From the NCBI GenBank assembly GCA_963700145.1, contig OY969474.1:2944001-3008000 (forward strand): a stretch of 64,000 nucleotides of DNA. The letters are read 5' to 3'. Made by a program: the position numbers and the translations under genes. This DNA comes from an uncultured Acidobacteriota bacterium. Lineage in GTDB: Bacteria > Acidobacteriota > Thermoanaerobaculia > Multivoradales > UBA5704. Under the pieces are notes generated by a model. It made no database searches, was not told the origin of the DNA, and worked only from the letters and a program-made list of their open reading frames with translations. This document shows positions 1-9,630 of the stretch, in pieces (positions within the stretch are counted from its first letter, which is position 1; each line of letters opens with the position of its first letter).

Positions 1-1822
1 ACCACTCACTTCCGAAGGAAAAGCGGCCGAGCCGCAGGAGTTCAGACTAGAAGGTCAGTCCTACTTTCCCCCCGCAAATAGTCACTGGAAATCAACGGTT
101 GCCGGCCTACGCCGGCTTCAGTGGGCGGGGCGGCTAATGCGCGTTGGGCGAAGCCTCGGCCACAAGCTCTTTTGGGACTACTTTCCCGCACAGCGAGTTG
201 CGAACATGTGGTCAGATACACAATCAGGTGGCTTTGGGGATCCAAAAGTGTATGTTGTGCAGACCACCAATGTCGTTGTGCAACGTTGCATCGCGATGAC
301 AACTGATCCCGGCGATCTCGTGCTAGACCCAACCTGTGGCTCCGGGACCACCGCGCTCGTTTCCGAACAACTGGGGCGCCGTTGGATCACCATTGACACC
401 TCGCGTGTAGCTCTCGCCCTTGCGCGCACGCGCCTCATGACAGCCAAATACCCGTACTACCTGCTGCTAGACTCCGAGGAGGGTTTGCGGAAGGAAGCCG
501 AGGTTATAGGAAACCTCTCCTCGCAACCCGAATCCATCCGGCCTACCGGGGATATCAAGAAGGGCTTCGTCTACGAGCGCGTGCCCCACATTACGCTGAA
601 GTCCATCGCTAACAACGAAGAGATCGATGTCATCCATGCCCGCTACGAGGAAAGGCTCGAGCTTGGCCTCGCGCAGCTTAACCAGCGCCTCAGGAAAGAC
701 TGGCAGGAGTGGGAAGTGCCTCGCGAGCCCGAGCGAGCATGGCCCAGGGACGCCCACGAGGCACACGAGAGCTTGTGGAACCTGCGTCGCGAGCGCCAGC
801 GCGAGATCGACGACTCGATAGCTCGTCGCGCCGACACAGAGCTTCTCTTTGACCAACCTTTCGAGGACCCTAAACGCATTCGGGTCACCGGTCCCTTCAC
901 CGTCGAGAGCCTCTCGCCGCATCGCGTACTTGCCTCAGATGACGAGCGCCCCGCCGCTGAAGCGCAGGCAGAGAAAGGCGAGGGCTCAGGCAGATTCGAG
1001 CAAATGATCCTCGACAACCTGCGCAAGGCAGGGGTCCAGAACACCCGCCGCGACGAGCGGTTGACCTTCGATCGCCTCGAGCCGTTCGCCGGCGCCTGGG
1101 TCCAGGCGGCGGGTGAGTACACCGACGCGGCGGGAAAGGTGCGGCGCGTGGCGGTCTCGATCGGTCCCGAGAACGGCACTGTCGGCCCCCACCAGATCCA
1201 GGAAGCCGCCAAAGAAGCGGTGCGCGGCATCCCCTTCGACCTCCTCCTCGTCCTCGGCTTCGCCTTCGACGCCCACGCCAGCGACGTCGCACGCGAGATC
1301 AGCCCCGAGGGCTTGAGGATCGAGGAAGGATTCGTCGCCGAGCACGAGGAGCAGTACGGCAAGCTGCCGGTACTCCTCGTGCGCATGAACCCCGACCTTG
1401 CGATGGGCGACGAGCTGCTCAAGAAAACCGGAGCCGGCAACCTCTTCATGGTCTTCGGCGAGCCCGACCTGGCGATCGCGAAACAGCCGGACGGCAAGCT
1501 CGTCGTCGAGATCCGCGGCCTCGACGTCTACGACCCTACGACCGGCGTCATCCGCAACTCCACCACCGACGACATCGCCTGCTGGTTCATCGACACCGAC
1601 TACAACGGCGAGAGCTTCTTCGTCCGCCACGCCTACTTCACCGGCGCCGACGAGCCCTACGACCGCCTCAAGCGCGCCCTCCGCGCCGACATCGACGAAG
1701 CCGCCTGGGCGACCCTCTACACCACCAAGAGCCGCCCCTTCGACCCGCCGACGACCGGAAAGATCGCCGTCAAGGTCATCAACCACTACGGCGACGAGGT
1801 GTTGAAGGTCTACGCGCTGTAG
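1..1822 (+). CDS. Site-specific DNA methyltransferase (N6A/N4C, large Mod-like), 5'-truncated by window edge
   Basis: Frame open from base 2; SAM-binding motif VLDPTCGSGTT followed by GRRWITIDTS; long C-terminal extension ending KIAVKVINHYGDEV, typical of large type III Mod-like MTases. Catalytic DPPY motif presumably upstream of the window. Confidence 0.88.
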   Translation, partial: PLTSEGKAAEPQEFRLEGQSYFPPANSHWKSTVAGLRRLQWAGRLMRVGRSLGHKLFWDYFPAQRVANMWSDTQSGGFGDPKVYVVQTTNVVVQRCIAMTTDPGDLVLDPTCGSGTTALVSEQLGRRWITIDTSRVALALARTRLMTAKYPYYLLLDSEEGLRKEAEVIGNLSSQPESIRPTGDIKKGFVYERVPHITLKSIANNEEIDVIHARYEERLELGLAQLNQRLRKDWQEWEVPREPERAWPRDAHEAHESLWNLRRERQREIDDSIARRADTELLFDQPFEDPKRIRVTGPFTVESLSPHRVLASDDERPAAEAQAEKGEGSGRFEQMILDNLRKAGVQNTRRDERLTFDRLEPFAGAWVQAAGEYTDAAGKVRRVAVSIGPENGTVGPHQIQEAAKEAVRGIPFDLLLVLGFAFDAHASDVAREISPEGLRIEEGFVAEHEEQYGKLPVLLVRMNPDLAMGDELLKKTGAGNLFMVFGEPDLAIAKQPDGKLVVEIRGLDVYDPTTGVIRNSTTDDIACWFIDTDYNGESFFVRHAYFTGADEPYDRLKRALRADIDEAAWATLYTTKSRPFDPPTTGKIAVKVINHYGDEVLKVYAL

Positions 1823-1865
1823 AAGTAGGGAACCCTCTGCCCGGCAAGCCGGCGCGGGAGCGGAT

Positions 1866-1890
1866 TCCTGGAGCGGCGGCTCCGGGATTT
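1866..1890 (+). terminator. Possible intrinsic terminator after the methyltransferase
   Basis: Hairpin TCCTGGAGC-GGCG-GCTCCGGGA followed by only TTT. Confidence 0.4.
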
Positions 1891-1902
1891 CGCCCGAGCG
1901 CT

Positions 1903-2138
1903 CGGAAAACCCCTGCGAGCCGCTGGGAACGGCTTCCGACGGGGCGGGGAGAAGCTCCCGAGATCTCGAAATAGGTTCCTTGGCGCTCGGAATACCTTCC
2001 CGATAGCCCGGAAAGCTTTCCCGACGACACGGAAAGCTTTTCCAGCACCTCGGAAAGCTTTCCCGACAGCTCGGAAGGCTTTCCCGACGGCCCGGAAAGC
2101 TTTCCCGATGGCTCGGAAAGCTTTCCCGATAGCCCGGA
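1903..2138. repeat. 21-bp tandem array, left part; consensus CGGAAAGCTTTCCCGA(C/T)RGCY
   Basis: Units start at 1988, 2009, 2030, 2051, 2072, 2093, 2114, 2135 (exact 21-bp period); degenerate units back to about 1903; palindromic core GGAAAGCTTTCC. Confidence 0.92.
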
Positions 2139-2189
2139 TGGAGTTGCCCCGCTTTGGTGGACACCTCATCCTTCGGGAGAAAGGAGTCC

Positions 2190-2510
2190 ATGATGGGGAG
2201 TCACCGCGGCAAGCCCTACCCGGCGGAGTTTCGTCGGCGGATGGTTGAGTTGGTGCGGGCCGGGCGGACGGCCGAGGAGCTGAGTCGGGAGTTCGAGCCC
2301 TCGGCCGAGTCGATTCGCGACTGGGCACGCCAAGCCGACCGGGACGAGGGCCGGCGCGACGACGGGCTGACGACGGCCGAGCGCGAGGAGCTGCGCCGGC
2401 TGCGGCGGGAGAATCGCCAGTTGCGTGAGGACCGGGAGATTCTGGCAAAAGCCGCGGCCTGGTTTGCTCGGGAGACCGAGTCGAGCCCACGGAAGGGTTC
2501 GGATTCGTGA
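2190..2510 (+). CDS. IS3 OrfA (HTH transposase subunit)
   Basis: YPAEFRRRMVELVR...ELRRLRRENRQLREDREILAKAAAWFA; SD AAGGAG before the ATG; AAAAG slippery site at 2447-2451 with the -1 frame open into orfB. Confidence 0.92.
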   Translation: MMGSHRGKPYPAEFRRRMVELVRAGRTAEELSREFEPSAESIRDWARQADRDEGRRDDGLTTAEREELRRLRRENRQLREDREILAKAAAWFARETESSPRKGSDS

Positions 2511-3352
2511 GGGCGCACCAGGCCTGCTACAGGGTAGTGAGGATGTGCCGACTGCTGGGTGTCTCCTCCAGCGGGTATTACGCCTGGTGTCGGCGTCAGG
2601 CCGGTGCGCGAGCCCGAGCCGACGCGGCGCTCGGCGCGCAGATCCGGGCGATCCACGCGCGGTCGTGGGGGACTTATGGGGCGCCCCGGATCCACGCCGA
2701 GCTGGCGGCGCAGGGCGTACGGGTGGGGCGCAAGCGTGTGGGGCGGCTGATGCGCGAGGCCGGGCTTGGGGGCGTCAGTCGGCGGAAGTGGCCCCGGACG
2801 ACGGTGCGAGACGGCCAAGCCCGCCCGGCGCCGGATCTGGTCGGCCGTCACTTCACGGTCGACGCTCCGGATCGGCTCTGGGTGGCCGACATCACCTACA
2901 TCCCGACCACGGCAGGGTTTCTGTACCTGGCCGTGGTCGTCGACGCCTGGAGTCGGCGCGTGGTGGGCTGGTCGATGGCGACGCATCTGCAGACCGAGCT
3001 CGTGGTGGCGGCACTGGAGATGGCGCTTGGACAGCGGCGGCCGCAGGGCGTGATCCATCATTCCGACCAGGGGACGCAGTACACCTCGTTGGCCTTCGGC
3101 CAGCGCTGCCGACGAGCCGGTGTGCGGCCGTCGATGGGGTCGGTCGGGGACTGCTACGACAACGCGCTGTGCGAGAGCTTCTTTGCCACGCTCGAGTGCG
3201 AGCTGCTCGACCGGCGGCGCTTCGGGACCCAGACCGAGGCCCGGATGGCGGTGTTCGAGTTCCTCGAGGGCTGGTACAACCCGCATCGCCGGCACTCGGC
3301 CCTGGGCTATCTCAGCCCGGCGGAATTCGAGCGCCGGCGACGGGCAGCCTGA
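2507..3352 (+). CDS. IS3 OrfB (DDE integrase-core transposase)
   Basis: YGAPRI, WVADITYI, HHSDQGTQY, DNALCESFFATLECE, YNPHRRHSALGYLSP; -1 frame relative to orfA with GTGA overlap. Confidence 0.95.
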   Translation: MRAHQACYRVVRMCRLLGVSSSGYYAWCRRQAGARARADAALGAQIRAIHARSWGTYGAPRIHAELAAQGVRVGRKRVGRLMREAGLGGVSRRKWPRTTVRDGQARPAPDLVGRHFTVDAPDRLWVADITYIPTTAGFLYLAVVVDAWSRRVVGWSMATHLQTELVVAALEMALGQRRPQGVIHHSDQGTQYTSLAFGQRCRRAGVRPSMGSVGDCYDNALCESFFATLECELLDRRRFGTQTEARMAVFEFLEGWYNPHRRHSALGYLSPAEFERRRRAA

Positions 3353-3463
3353 GATGCACGTCACTCCTGGCGTTTTCGTCGGATCGTGGGACGGGCAGCT
3401 GCCCGCCTCACGCAGGGGAGGAGACCCCAAACTTCAACTGTCCACCAAACCGGGGTAAGTCCA

Positions 3464-3545
3464 GGAAGACTTTCCCGACGGCCCGGAAAGCTTTCCCGAC
3501 GGCTCGGAGGACTTTCCCGAGGCTCACCGGGGCATTTCCAGGCCT
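3464..3545. repeat. 21-bp tandem array, right part (continues after the IS)
   Basis: Interrupted unit resumes at 3464; further units at 3484 and 3505 in the same register. Confidence 0.9.
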
Positions 3546-3556
3546 CCGGGAGGACC

Positions 3557-4834
3557 TCAGACCTCCAGCTTCACCCCCGCCGTCTCCGGCAGGGTCCACA
3601 CCCAGGCCCCCGCCAGGGCCGCGAAGGCCGCCGCCAGGGCGATGCCGCCCGCCAAGCCCCATTTCCCGGCCACCGCGGCGATCGCCAGCGGGGCGACGAA
3701 CTGGATACTGCGCGTGACGTTCATGATCACCGACATCGCCGCCCCGCGCACCCTCGTCGGGAAGAGCTCGGAGAAGTAGGGGCCGTAGCACGACCAGGTG
3801 CCGGTGCCGATGCCGGCCACCAGCATGCAGGCGAGCCCCACCGCCGGCCGCGCCGCGAGGGCGTCCCAGAAGAGGGTCACCAGCGCCAGCCCCACGGCCG
3901 TCACCGCGCAGTAGAGGGTGAAGGCGCGCCGCCGGCCGATGCGGTCGGAGACGACGCCGAAGGTGAGGTAGCCGAGGAGCGAGCCGGCGACGAAGGTCAG
4001 CGTCCACCAGCCGGAGCCGAAGATCGAGAGGCCGCGCTGCTTTTGCAGGTAGCGCGGCAGCCAGACGACCGCGAACCAGTAGGCCGACATGTTGAGCCCG
4101 GTGAGGACAAAGGCGCGCAGGAAGAGGCCCGCGAGGTCGGGGGCGACGAGCTGCGCCAGGATCGGCCGCCGGCTGCGCGCCTCCTCGCCGGCGCCGAGGC
4201 CGCCCGCGTCGAGGCGCCGGCGGTGCTCGAGCCAGAGGTCGGACTCCGGGAAGCGGCGCCAGGCGAGGAGGGCGACGGCCGGCAGCGCCGAGAGCAGGAA
4301 GACGGCGCGCCAGCCGACCGCCGGCGCCAGGAACGAGCCGACGATCGCCGCCAGCCCCAGCCCCGCCGGGGCGCCGCTCTGGGCGATGGCGCCGTAGCGG
4401 CCGCGCAGCGCCGGCGGGAAGGTTTCGCCGAGCATCGCCTGCCCCGCCCCCCAGGTGCCGCCGATGCCGAGGCCGGCGAGGCCGCGCGCCGCGAACAGCG
4501 TCCCCGCCCCCGGCGCCAGACCGCAGAGGGCGTTGCCGAGGCAGAAAGCGGCGATCGCCACGACCAGCGACAGCCGCCGCCCCAGCCGGTCGCTCATCCA
4601 GCCGAAGAGGAGGCCGCCGGCGCCGGTCGCGCCGACGCCGACCGCGGTGAGCCACGCCAGCCCCTGCTCGGAGAGCCCGAGCTCGTCCTGCACCGGCTGC
4701 AGGACGAAGGAGAGCAGCATCAGCGAGTAGAAGCCGGCGCACCAGGCGCCCCAGGCGAAGGCGAGGACCCGCCGGTGCGCGGCGCCCGGCCGCTCCTGCT
4801 CGCTCCAGAGGAGCGGCGGCGCGGCGGCCGCTAT
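3557..4834 (-). CDS. MFS transporter (start uncertain)
   Basis: About 12 hydrophobic segments; motif A twice (GWMSDRLGRR, GVVSDRIGRR); ETFPPALRG and ELFPTRVRG motifs. Confidence 0.9.
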   Translation of the reverse strand: MAAAAPPLLWSEQERPGAAHRRVLAFAWGAWCAGFYSLMLLSFVLQPVQDELGLSEQGLAWLTAVGVGATGAGGLLFGWMSDRLGRRLSLVVAIAAFCLGNALCGLAPGAGTLFAARGLAGLGIGGTWGAGQAMLGETFPPALRGRYGAIAQSGAPAGLGLAAIVGSFLAPAVGWRAVFLLSALPAVALLAWRRFPESDLWLEHRRRLDAGGLGAGEEARSRRPILAQLVAPDLAGLFLRAFVLTGLNMSAYWFAVVWLPRYLQKQRGLSIFGSGWWTLTFVAGSLLGYLTFGVVSDRIGRRRAFTLYCAVTAVGLALVTLFWDALAARPAVGLACMLVAGIGTGTWSCYGPYFSELFPTRVRGAAMSVIMNVTRSIQFVAPLAIAAVAGKWGLAGGIALAAAFAALAGAWVWTLPETAGVKLEV

Positions 4835-5244
4835 CGCGTCACCTTCAGGTAGACCAGCGCGTGCTCGCCGAAGCCCGCCGGGCGGACGCTCTCCCCCTCC
4901 GCCGTCGGCTCGCCGGGCGCGCAGTCCATGCGGAAGGCCGCCGCGGACGGCCACTCCAGGATGCAGTAGAGGGTCTTGCCCTGGAGCTGGCCGCGGTCGA
5001 AGCCGGTCAGGTCGAGCGTGTTCGGCTCCGACTCGTCGTCGAAGGCGTAGCGGATCTCGAAGTCCTCGTCGACGCCTTGGCCCTCGATGGCCCAGAGGGC
5101 GCGGCCGCGCGGCTGGAACGACAGCGTGTGGCGGCGGCCGTCGGCGTCCTCGGCGGTCCAGTTGCCGCGGATCGGGTTGGGGTCGCCGCAGGCGGCGAGC
5201 AACATGGCGGTCAGGACGGTGAAGGCCAGGACTCGGCGTCGCAT
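4831..5244 (-). CDS. Lipoprotein with TIGR03067/lipocalin-like beta domain
   Basis: GAGGAGG SD; MRRRVLAFTVLTAMLLAAC lipobox; IRGNW...PNTLDL...GKTLYCILE...RPAGF pattern. Confidence 0.75.
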   Translation of the reverse strand: MRRRVLAFTVLTAMLLAACGDPNPIRGNWTAEDADGRRHTLSFQPRGRALWAIEGQGVDEDFEIRYAFDDESEPNTLDLTGFDRGQLQGKTLYCILEWPSAAAFRMDCAPGEPTAEGESVRPAGFGEHALVYLKVTR

Positions 5245-5313
5245 GGCACCTCCTCGGGGTCGCGGGCGGGTGTCGAGGATACCGCGTCGGCGGCGCGGAG
5301 GTATCGTCCCGGC

Positions 5314-7032
5314 GTGCCCGCCCGCCTCGCGCCGCGCGCCGAGTGGCCGCTCGCCCTCGTCCTGCTCGCCGCCTTCGCCGCCCTCTGCGCCCACGGCCTG
5401 GCGTGGGACTCGCCGACGGTCGACGAGTTCTACCACCTCCCGCTCGGCCTCTACACGCTCGAGACCGGCGACTTCATGCTCTTCCCGGCCAACCCGCCGC
5501 TCGTCGAGCTGCTCGCGGCGCTCCCCCTCCTGGCGCTCGACCCGGTGCTCGAGACGCGCGTGCCCGGGGCCCGCGGCGGCTGGCTCCCCTGGCAGCTCGG
5601 CACGCGCTTCATGGAGCGCAACCGCACCGTCTACGACCGGCTCTTCCTCCGGGGGCGGCTGCCGATCGTCGGGCTGGGGGTGCTGCTCGGTCTCCTCGTC
5701 TGGCGCTGGGCGCGCGCCCTCTACGGCGGCGCCGGGGGGCTGCTGGCGCTCGGGCTCTACGCCTTCCACCCGGCGTTCGTCGCCCACGCGCATCTGGCGA
5801 CGCTCGACGTCGGGCTGACCTTCCTCCTGCTCCTCGCGCTCTACACCTTCTGGCGCTTCACGCGGCGCCCAGGGCCGGGCGCGGCGCTCCTCTGCGGCGT
5901 CGCGGTCGGGCTCGCGCAGCTCGCGAAGCTCACCGGCCTCCTGCTCTATCCGGCGCTGGTGATCCTCGCCGTCGTCGAGCTCGCTCGCGGACGGCGCTTC
6001 CCGTTGTGGCGCGGCGCGGGGGAGGGATGGCGCGGCGTGGCGGCGAGCCTCAGCGCGGTGGCGGCGATCTTCGCCGTCAGCCTGCTGGTGCTCGACGCCG
6101 GCTACCTCTTCCAGGGCGTTGGACGGCCGGCCGGCGCCTACCGCTTCGCCAGCGCGCAGATGCGCGGCCTCTTCGCGGCGCTGCCGGCGGGGCTGCCGCT
6201 GCCCTTCCCCACGCCCTGGCTGGTCGGCTACGACGCGCTGCAGCGGATCAACGAGGCCGGCGAGTTCCCGACCTACTTCTTCGGCGAGGTCCGCTACGGC
6301 CCCGCGCCCGCCTACTTCCCGGCGGCGATCCTGCTGAAGACGCCGCTGCCGCTCCTCGCCGCCTGGCTCTTCGCGCTCTTCGCGCGCAACGGGCGGCGCG
6401 ACGGCGAAGTCTTCGTGTGGCTCCCGGCGCTCTTCTACCTCGTCGTCTTCTGCCTGCTGTCGCAGGTCCACTACGGCATCCGCTACGTGCTGCCGGTGGT
6501 GACACTGGGGACCGTCTGGGCCGGGCGCCTCGCGCCGCACCTGGCCGGCGAGCGCCGCCCGGTGCGGCTCGCCGCCGGTGTCCTGCTCGCCCTCTACCCG
6601 CTAGCCGCGCTGCGCGCCACGCCCGACACGATCGATTACTTCAACCCGCTGGCCGCCGGCCGCGGCGACGCCTTCCTCCTCGACTCCAACCTCGATTGGG
6701 GGCAAGGTCTCAAGCGCCTGGCGGCGTGGATGGAGCGCGAGCGGGTGGAGAAGGTCGGCCTCGCCTACTTCGGCCACGTCGACCCGGCGATCTACGGCAT
6801 CGCCTGGGAGCTGCCGCGGCCGGGAGGCGGCGGCCCGGAATGGACCGCCGTCTCCGCCAACTTCCTCCACGGCCTGCCCTACGCCACCTACGACCGGGGC
6901 CGCATCCTCCCCGTCCCCGCCGGCGCCTTCACCTGGCTCGCCGCCTACCCGGACCGCCGCTACCTCGGCGGCGGGCTCTTCCTGGTGCGCACCGGCGCCT
7001 CACCTACCAGAGGAACGCGTAGCTCACCTTGA
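5314..7032 (+). CDS. GT-C fold membrane glycosyltransferase (ArnT/PMT family 39-like)
   Basis: DSPTVDE after first TM, NPPL, HAHLATLD, LAKLTG, GIRYVLP, DSNLDWGQ; GTG start at 5314 inferred. Confidence 0.85.
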   Translation: MPARLAPRAEWPLALVLLAAFAALCAHGLAWDSPTVDEFYHLPLGLYTLETGDFMLFPANPPLVELLAALPLLALDPVLETRVPGARGGWLPWQLGTRFMERNRTVYDRLFLRGRLPIVGLGVLLGLLVWRWARALYGGAGGLLALGLYAFHPAFVAHAHLATLDVGLTFLLLLALYTFWRFTRRPGPGAALLCGVAVGLAQLAKLTGLLLYPALVILAVVELARGRRFPLWRGAGEGWRGVAASLSAVAAIFAVSLLVLDAGYLFQGVGRPAGAYRFASAQMRGLFAALPAGLPLPFPTPWLVGYDALQRINEAGEFPTYFFGEVRYGPAPAYFPAAILLKTPLPLLAAWLFALFARNGRRDGEVFVWLPALFYLVVFCLLSQVHYGIRYVLPVVTLGTVWAGRLAPHLAGERRPVRLAAGVLLALYPLAALRATPDTIDYFNPLAAGRGDAFLLDSNLDWGQGLKRLAAWMERERVEKVGLAYFGHVDPAIYGIAWELPRPGGGGPEWTAVSANFLHGLPYATYDRGRILPVPAGAFTWLAAYPDRRYLGGGLFLVRTGASPTRGTRSSP

Positions 7033-9439
7033 AGAAGTACGCCTGCTCCTGGCGGCTGAGGTCGAAGTTCTGGTCGCCGAGCTCGTCCTGGCTGTAGCCG
7101 AGGAAGACCAGGGTGCGGGCGTTGAGCTTGTAGGAGAAGAGGAACTGGCTGACGATGCTCTCCTCCTCCGGCCGCACGGTCGCCCCGCGGTTGTAGAGCG
7201 AGAGGTCGCGCGTGACGTCGCGGTGCTGGACGATCGCGCGCACGAACATCCGCGGCGTGAAGTGGTAGCGCAGGGTCGACGAGATCGTCGCCGCCCGCTG
7301 GTACTCGCCGCCGCCGTCGGTGCGCCCCCGGCCGCTCACCTCGAAGACCTGGCGGTTGTACTGGACGTCGCCGAAGAAGCTCTTGCCGAGCTGGAAGTCG
7401 ACGCGCGGCCGGATCTGGAGGAAGGTGACCTGCCGCACGTTGGTGGTGTCGATCGTCTCGCCGCCGCGGACGAAGAGCTCGAGGCCCAGGTCGCCGCGCG
7501 GCCGGATCTGCATCAGCAGGTCCGAGCGCATGTTGGTGAACATCCGGCCGCGCAGGCTCTCGTTGTTCGGCCGGAAGGCGAACCGGACCAAGCTCTCCTT
7601 GGGCCCTTCGTAGAAGACCTGGATGTTGGAGTTCTTCTGCAGGACCAGCTCGGTCTGTGCGTCCTGTTGATACAGGGCGTCGACGTGCACGGTCAGCCGC
7701 TGGTACCAGGAGTCCTCCCCGCCCCAGAAGAAGCGCTGGAGGAAGCCCCCGGCCTCGCGGACGCCCACCTGGGGGATGAAGCCGCTGTCGGCCCGGAACT
7801 CGTGGGCGAGCTCGCCCGCCCCGACGACCCAACGCCAGTCGCGGGTCGAGTGGCTCCAGTCGACGAGGTAGGCGGTGCCGTCGAAGGAGTCGGTGGGTTG
7901 CCGGTTGGCCAGGGCGAACGCCCGCGGGTAGGTGGTGTCGGAGGCCAGGACCTGGGCCCGGAGAGTGTCGGATCCGGTCGCCCGCCAGTTGGCGTCCACG
8001 CCCAGGACCTGGTTCTCGTAGTCGGTGGCGTCCCGGCCCGTGTACAGCAGACCCAGGGTGGAGGTCTCCCCGAGGTCGCGGCGGTAGCGCAGGATGCTGC
8101 CGGTCACGTCCTGCACCAGGGTGCGCTGCACCGAGCGCTCGGGCCCCGGGAGCACCAGGTTGTTGAGCTGGTCCTCGGTGAACATCACGCCGTAGGCGTT
8201 GGGGCCCCCCTTGCCGGTGAGCCGCAGGCCGTACTCGGGGTCGGCGACGGTGCGGGTGAAGACGGCCTCGAACGGGGTCTCGAAGAAGTCGGCGCCCTCG
8301 AGGAAGAACGGCCGCCTCTCCGGGAACTGGAGGGCGAAGCGCTCGTTGACGGCGAGCTCGACGGTGTCGGTCTCGACCTGGGAGAAGTCGGGGTTGAGGG
8401 CGGCGCCCAGGACGACGTTGGGGCTGATGCTCCAGCGGGCCGAGACCCCGAGGTCGGTGTCCTCGTCCCCCTCGGCCAGCGGCGCGCTCTGGGACGCCCG
8501 GGTGTCGGCGCGGGTCGCGGTCAAGGTGGGCACCACCTCGACGTTGAGGCCGGTCTCCATGTTCTCGAGCCCGCTGATGGCGTCGAACTGGCAGACGAAG
8601 CAGTTCTTGCCGCGGTCCACGCGACCCGAACGGAGCTGGTGGAAGACGTCGCGCGAGTACTCGCGCGTGGCGAGGAAGCCCCAGGTCTGCGGCCCCCGGG
8701 TGCGGGGGAAGCGGAGCTGCTTGAAGGGGATCGCCAGCTCGACGATGTAGCCGGACTCGGTGAGCTTGCCGGCCGAGTCCCAGAGCGCGTCCCAGGAGGT
8801 GTCGAGCCGCTGCAGCTTCTCCGTCTTGGGCCCCACCTCGGTCACCGGCCGGAAGTCGGCCACCACCGCGTCGGTCTGGATTCCGAGGGGATTGACCTGG
8901 AAGTAGAAGGCGCGGCGCCGGTCGTCGAAGGCGTCGATGAAGAAGCCCACGGTGTCGTCGGAGTTCGGGGTGTCGCGGTCGGCGTAGAAGGCCCGCACGG
9001 CGCCGGGCTCCGGGTCGTGGGCCCGGAAGGCGACGTAGAGGTTGGCCTCGTCGTAGGTCACCAGGCAGTCGGTCTCCACCGGCGACGGGGTGTTCTCCCC
9101 GGGATACCACTCGTAGGGCACCGGGATGCGGGTCGCGCTCTCCCAGGCCGGCTCGTCGAGCCGGCCGTCGATGGTGATCTCGGAGGTGGCACGGTCGACG
9201 CCGAACCTCTGGCGCGGCTCCGCGGACGCCTGCTCCGGGGGAGATCCCTCCTCGGCGGTCTGGGCCGGCGGCGCCTCCTCGGTCTGCGTGTCCGGGGTCT
9301 CGGCCGGCTGCGCTTCGGCGGCCGCCTCCTCGGGAGTCTCCTGGGCCGCTTCGCTGTTCTGGGCGGCGGCACCGGCGGGAACGGTCAACAGCAGCAGCGC
9401 CAACAACAGGCGCACGGCGAGCGATGAGGGCCGAGTCAT
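7004..9439 (-). CDS. Outer-membrane protein with CBM9-like N-domain and DUF5916-type barrel
   Basis: Signal peptide; ITIDGRLDEPAW; NPDFSQVE; FPERRPFFLEG; C-terminal FFKVSYAFLW beta signal; alternative GTG start at 9454. Confidence 0.85.
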   Translation of the reverse strand: MTRPSSLAVRLLLALLLLTVPAGAAAQNSEAAQETPEEAAAEAQPAETPDTQTEEAPPAQTAEEGSPPEQASAEPRQRFGVDRATSEITIDGRLDEPAWESATRIPVPYEWYPGENTPSPVETDCLVTYDEANLYVAFRAHDPEPGAVRAFYADRDTPNSDDTVGFFIDAFDDRRRAFYFQVNPLGIQTDAVVADFRPVTEVGPKTEKLQRLDTSWDALWDSAGKLTESGYIVELAIPFKQLRFPRTRGPQTWGFLATREYSRDVFHQLRSGRVDRGKNCFVCQFDAISGLENMETGLNVEVVPTLTATRADTRASQSAPLAEGDEDTDLGVSARWSISPNVVLGAALNPDFSQVETDTVELAVNERFALQFPERRPFFLEGADFFETPFEAVFTRTVADPEYGLRLTGKGGPNAYGVMFTEDQLNNLVLPGPERSVQRTLVQDVTGSILRYRRDLGETSTLGLLYTGRDATDYENQVLGVDANWRATGSDTLRAQVLASDTTYPRAFALANRQPTDSFDGTAYLVDWSHSTRDWRWVVGAGELAHEFRADSGFIPQVGVREAGGFLQRFFWGGEDSWYQRLTVHVDALYQQDAQTELVLQKNSNIQVFYEGPKESLVRFAFRPNNESLRGRMFTNMRSDLLMQIRPRGDLGLELFVRGGETIDTTNVRQVTFLQIRPRVDFQLGKSFFGDVQYNRQVFEVSGRGRTDGGGEYQRAATISSTLRYHFTPRMFVRAIVQHRDVTRDLSLYNRGATVRPEEESIVSQFLFSYKLNARTLVFLGYSQDELGDQNFDLSRQEQAYFFKVSYAFLW

Positions 9440-9630
9440 ACGGATTGCCTCCACTTGAGCCTCCTTGGAAGGGAAGAGATGTGATGTGCTCCAGCCGCAC
9501 AGTGCGGCCCGTCGCCTCCGGCGGGACGGGGAGGCCTTCGCGCCGCCCTCGGGCGCTGTCCCTACTCCCCTACGTTCCCACACTGATAGGCTGAATCGCC
9601 CCACTGTCTGGGAGGGAGACTAGCAGCCTT

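Larger units (their letters stand above)
2139..3463 (+). mobile_element. IS3-family insertion sequence, 1325 bp
   Basis: TG...CA ends; 25-bp imperfect IRs TGGAGTTGCCCCGCTTTGGTGGACA / TGGACTTACCCCGGTTTGGTGGACA; 3-bp direct repeat GGA (2136-2138, 3464-3466); orfA plus orfB. Confidence 0.95.

Noticed and set aside
1810-2490. Minus-strand ORF with GKAFRAV heptads, and similar ORFs across 49269-49891
   Set aside because: Translations of the 21-bp repeats; they start inside the IS or overlap real genes and lack an SD
1903-3545. CRISPR interpretation of the 21-bp arrays (also 49165-49570)
   Set aside because: Units are contiguous with no unique spacers, and no cas genes are in the window
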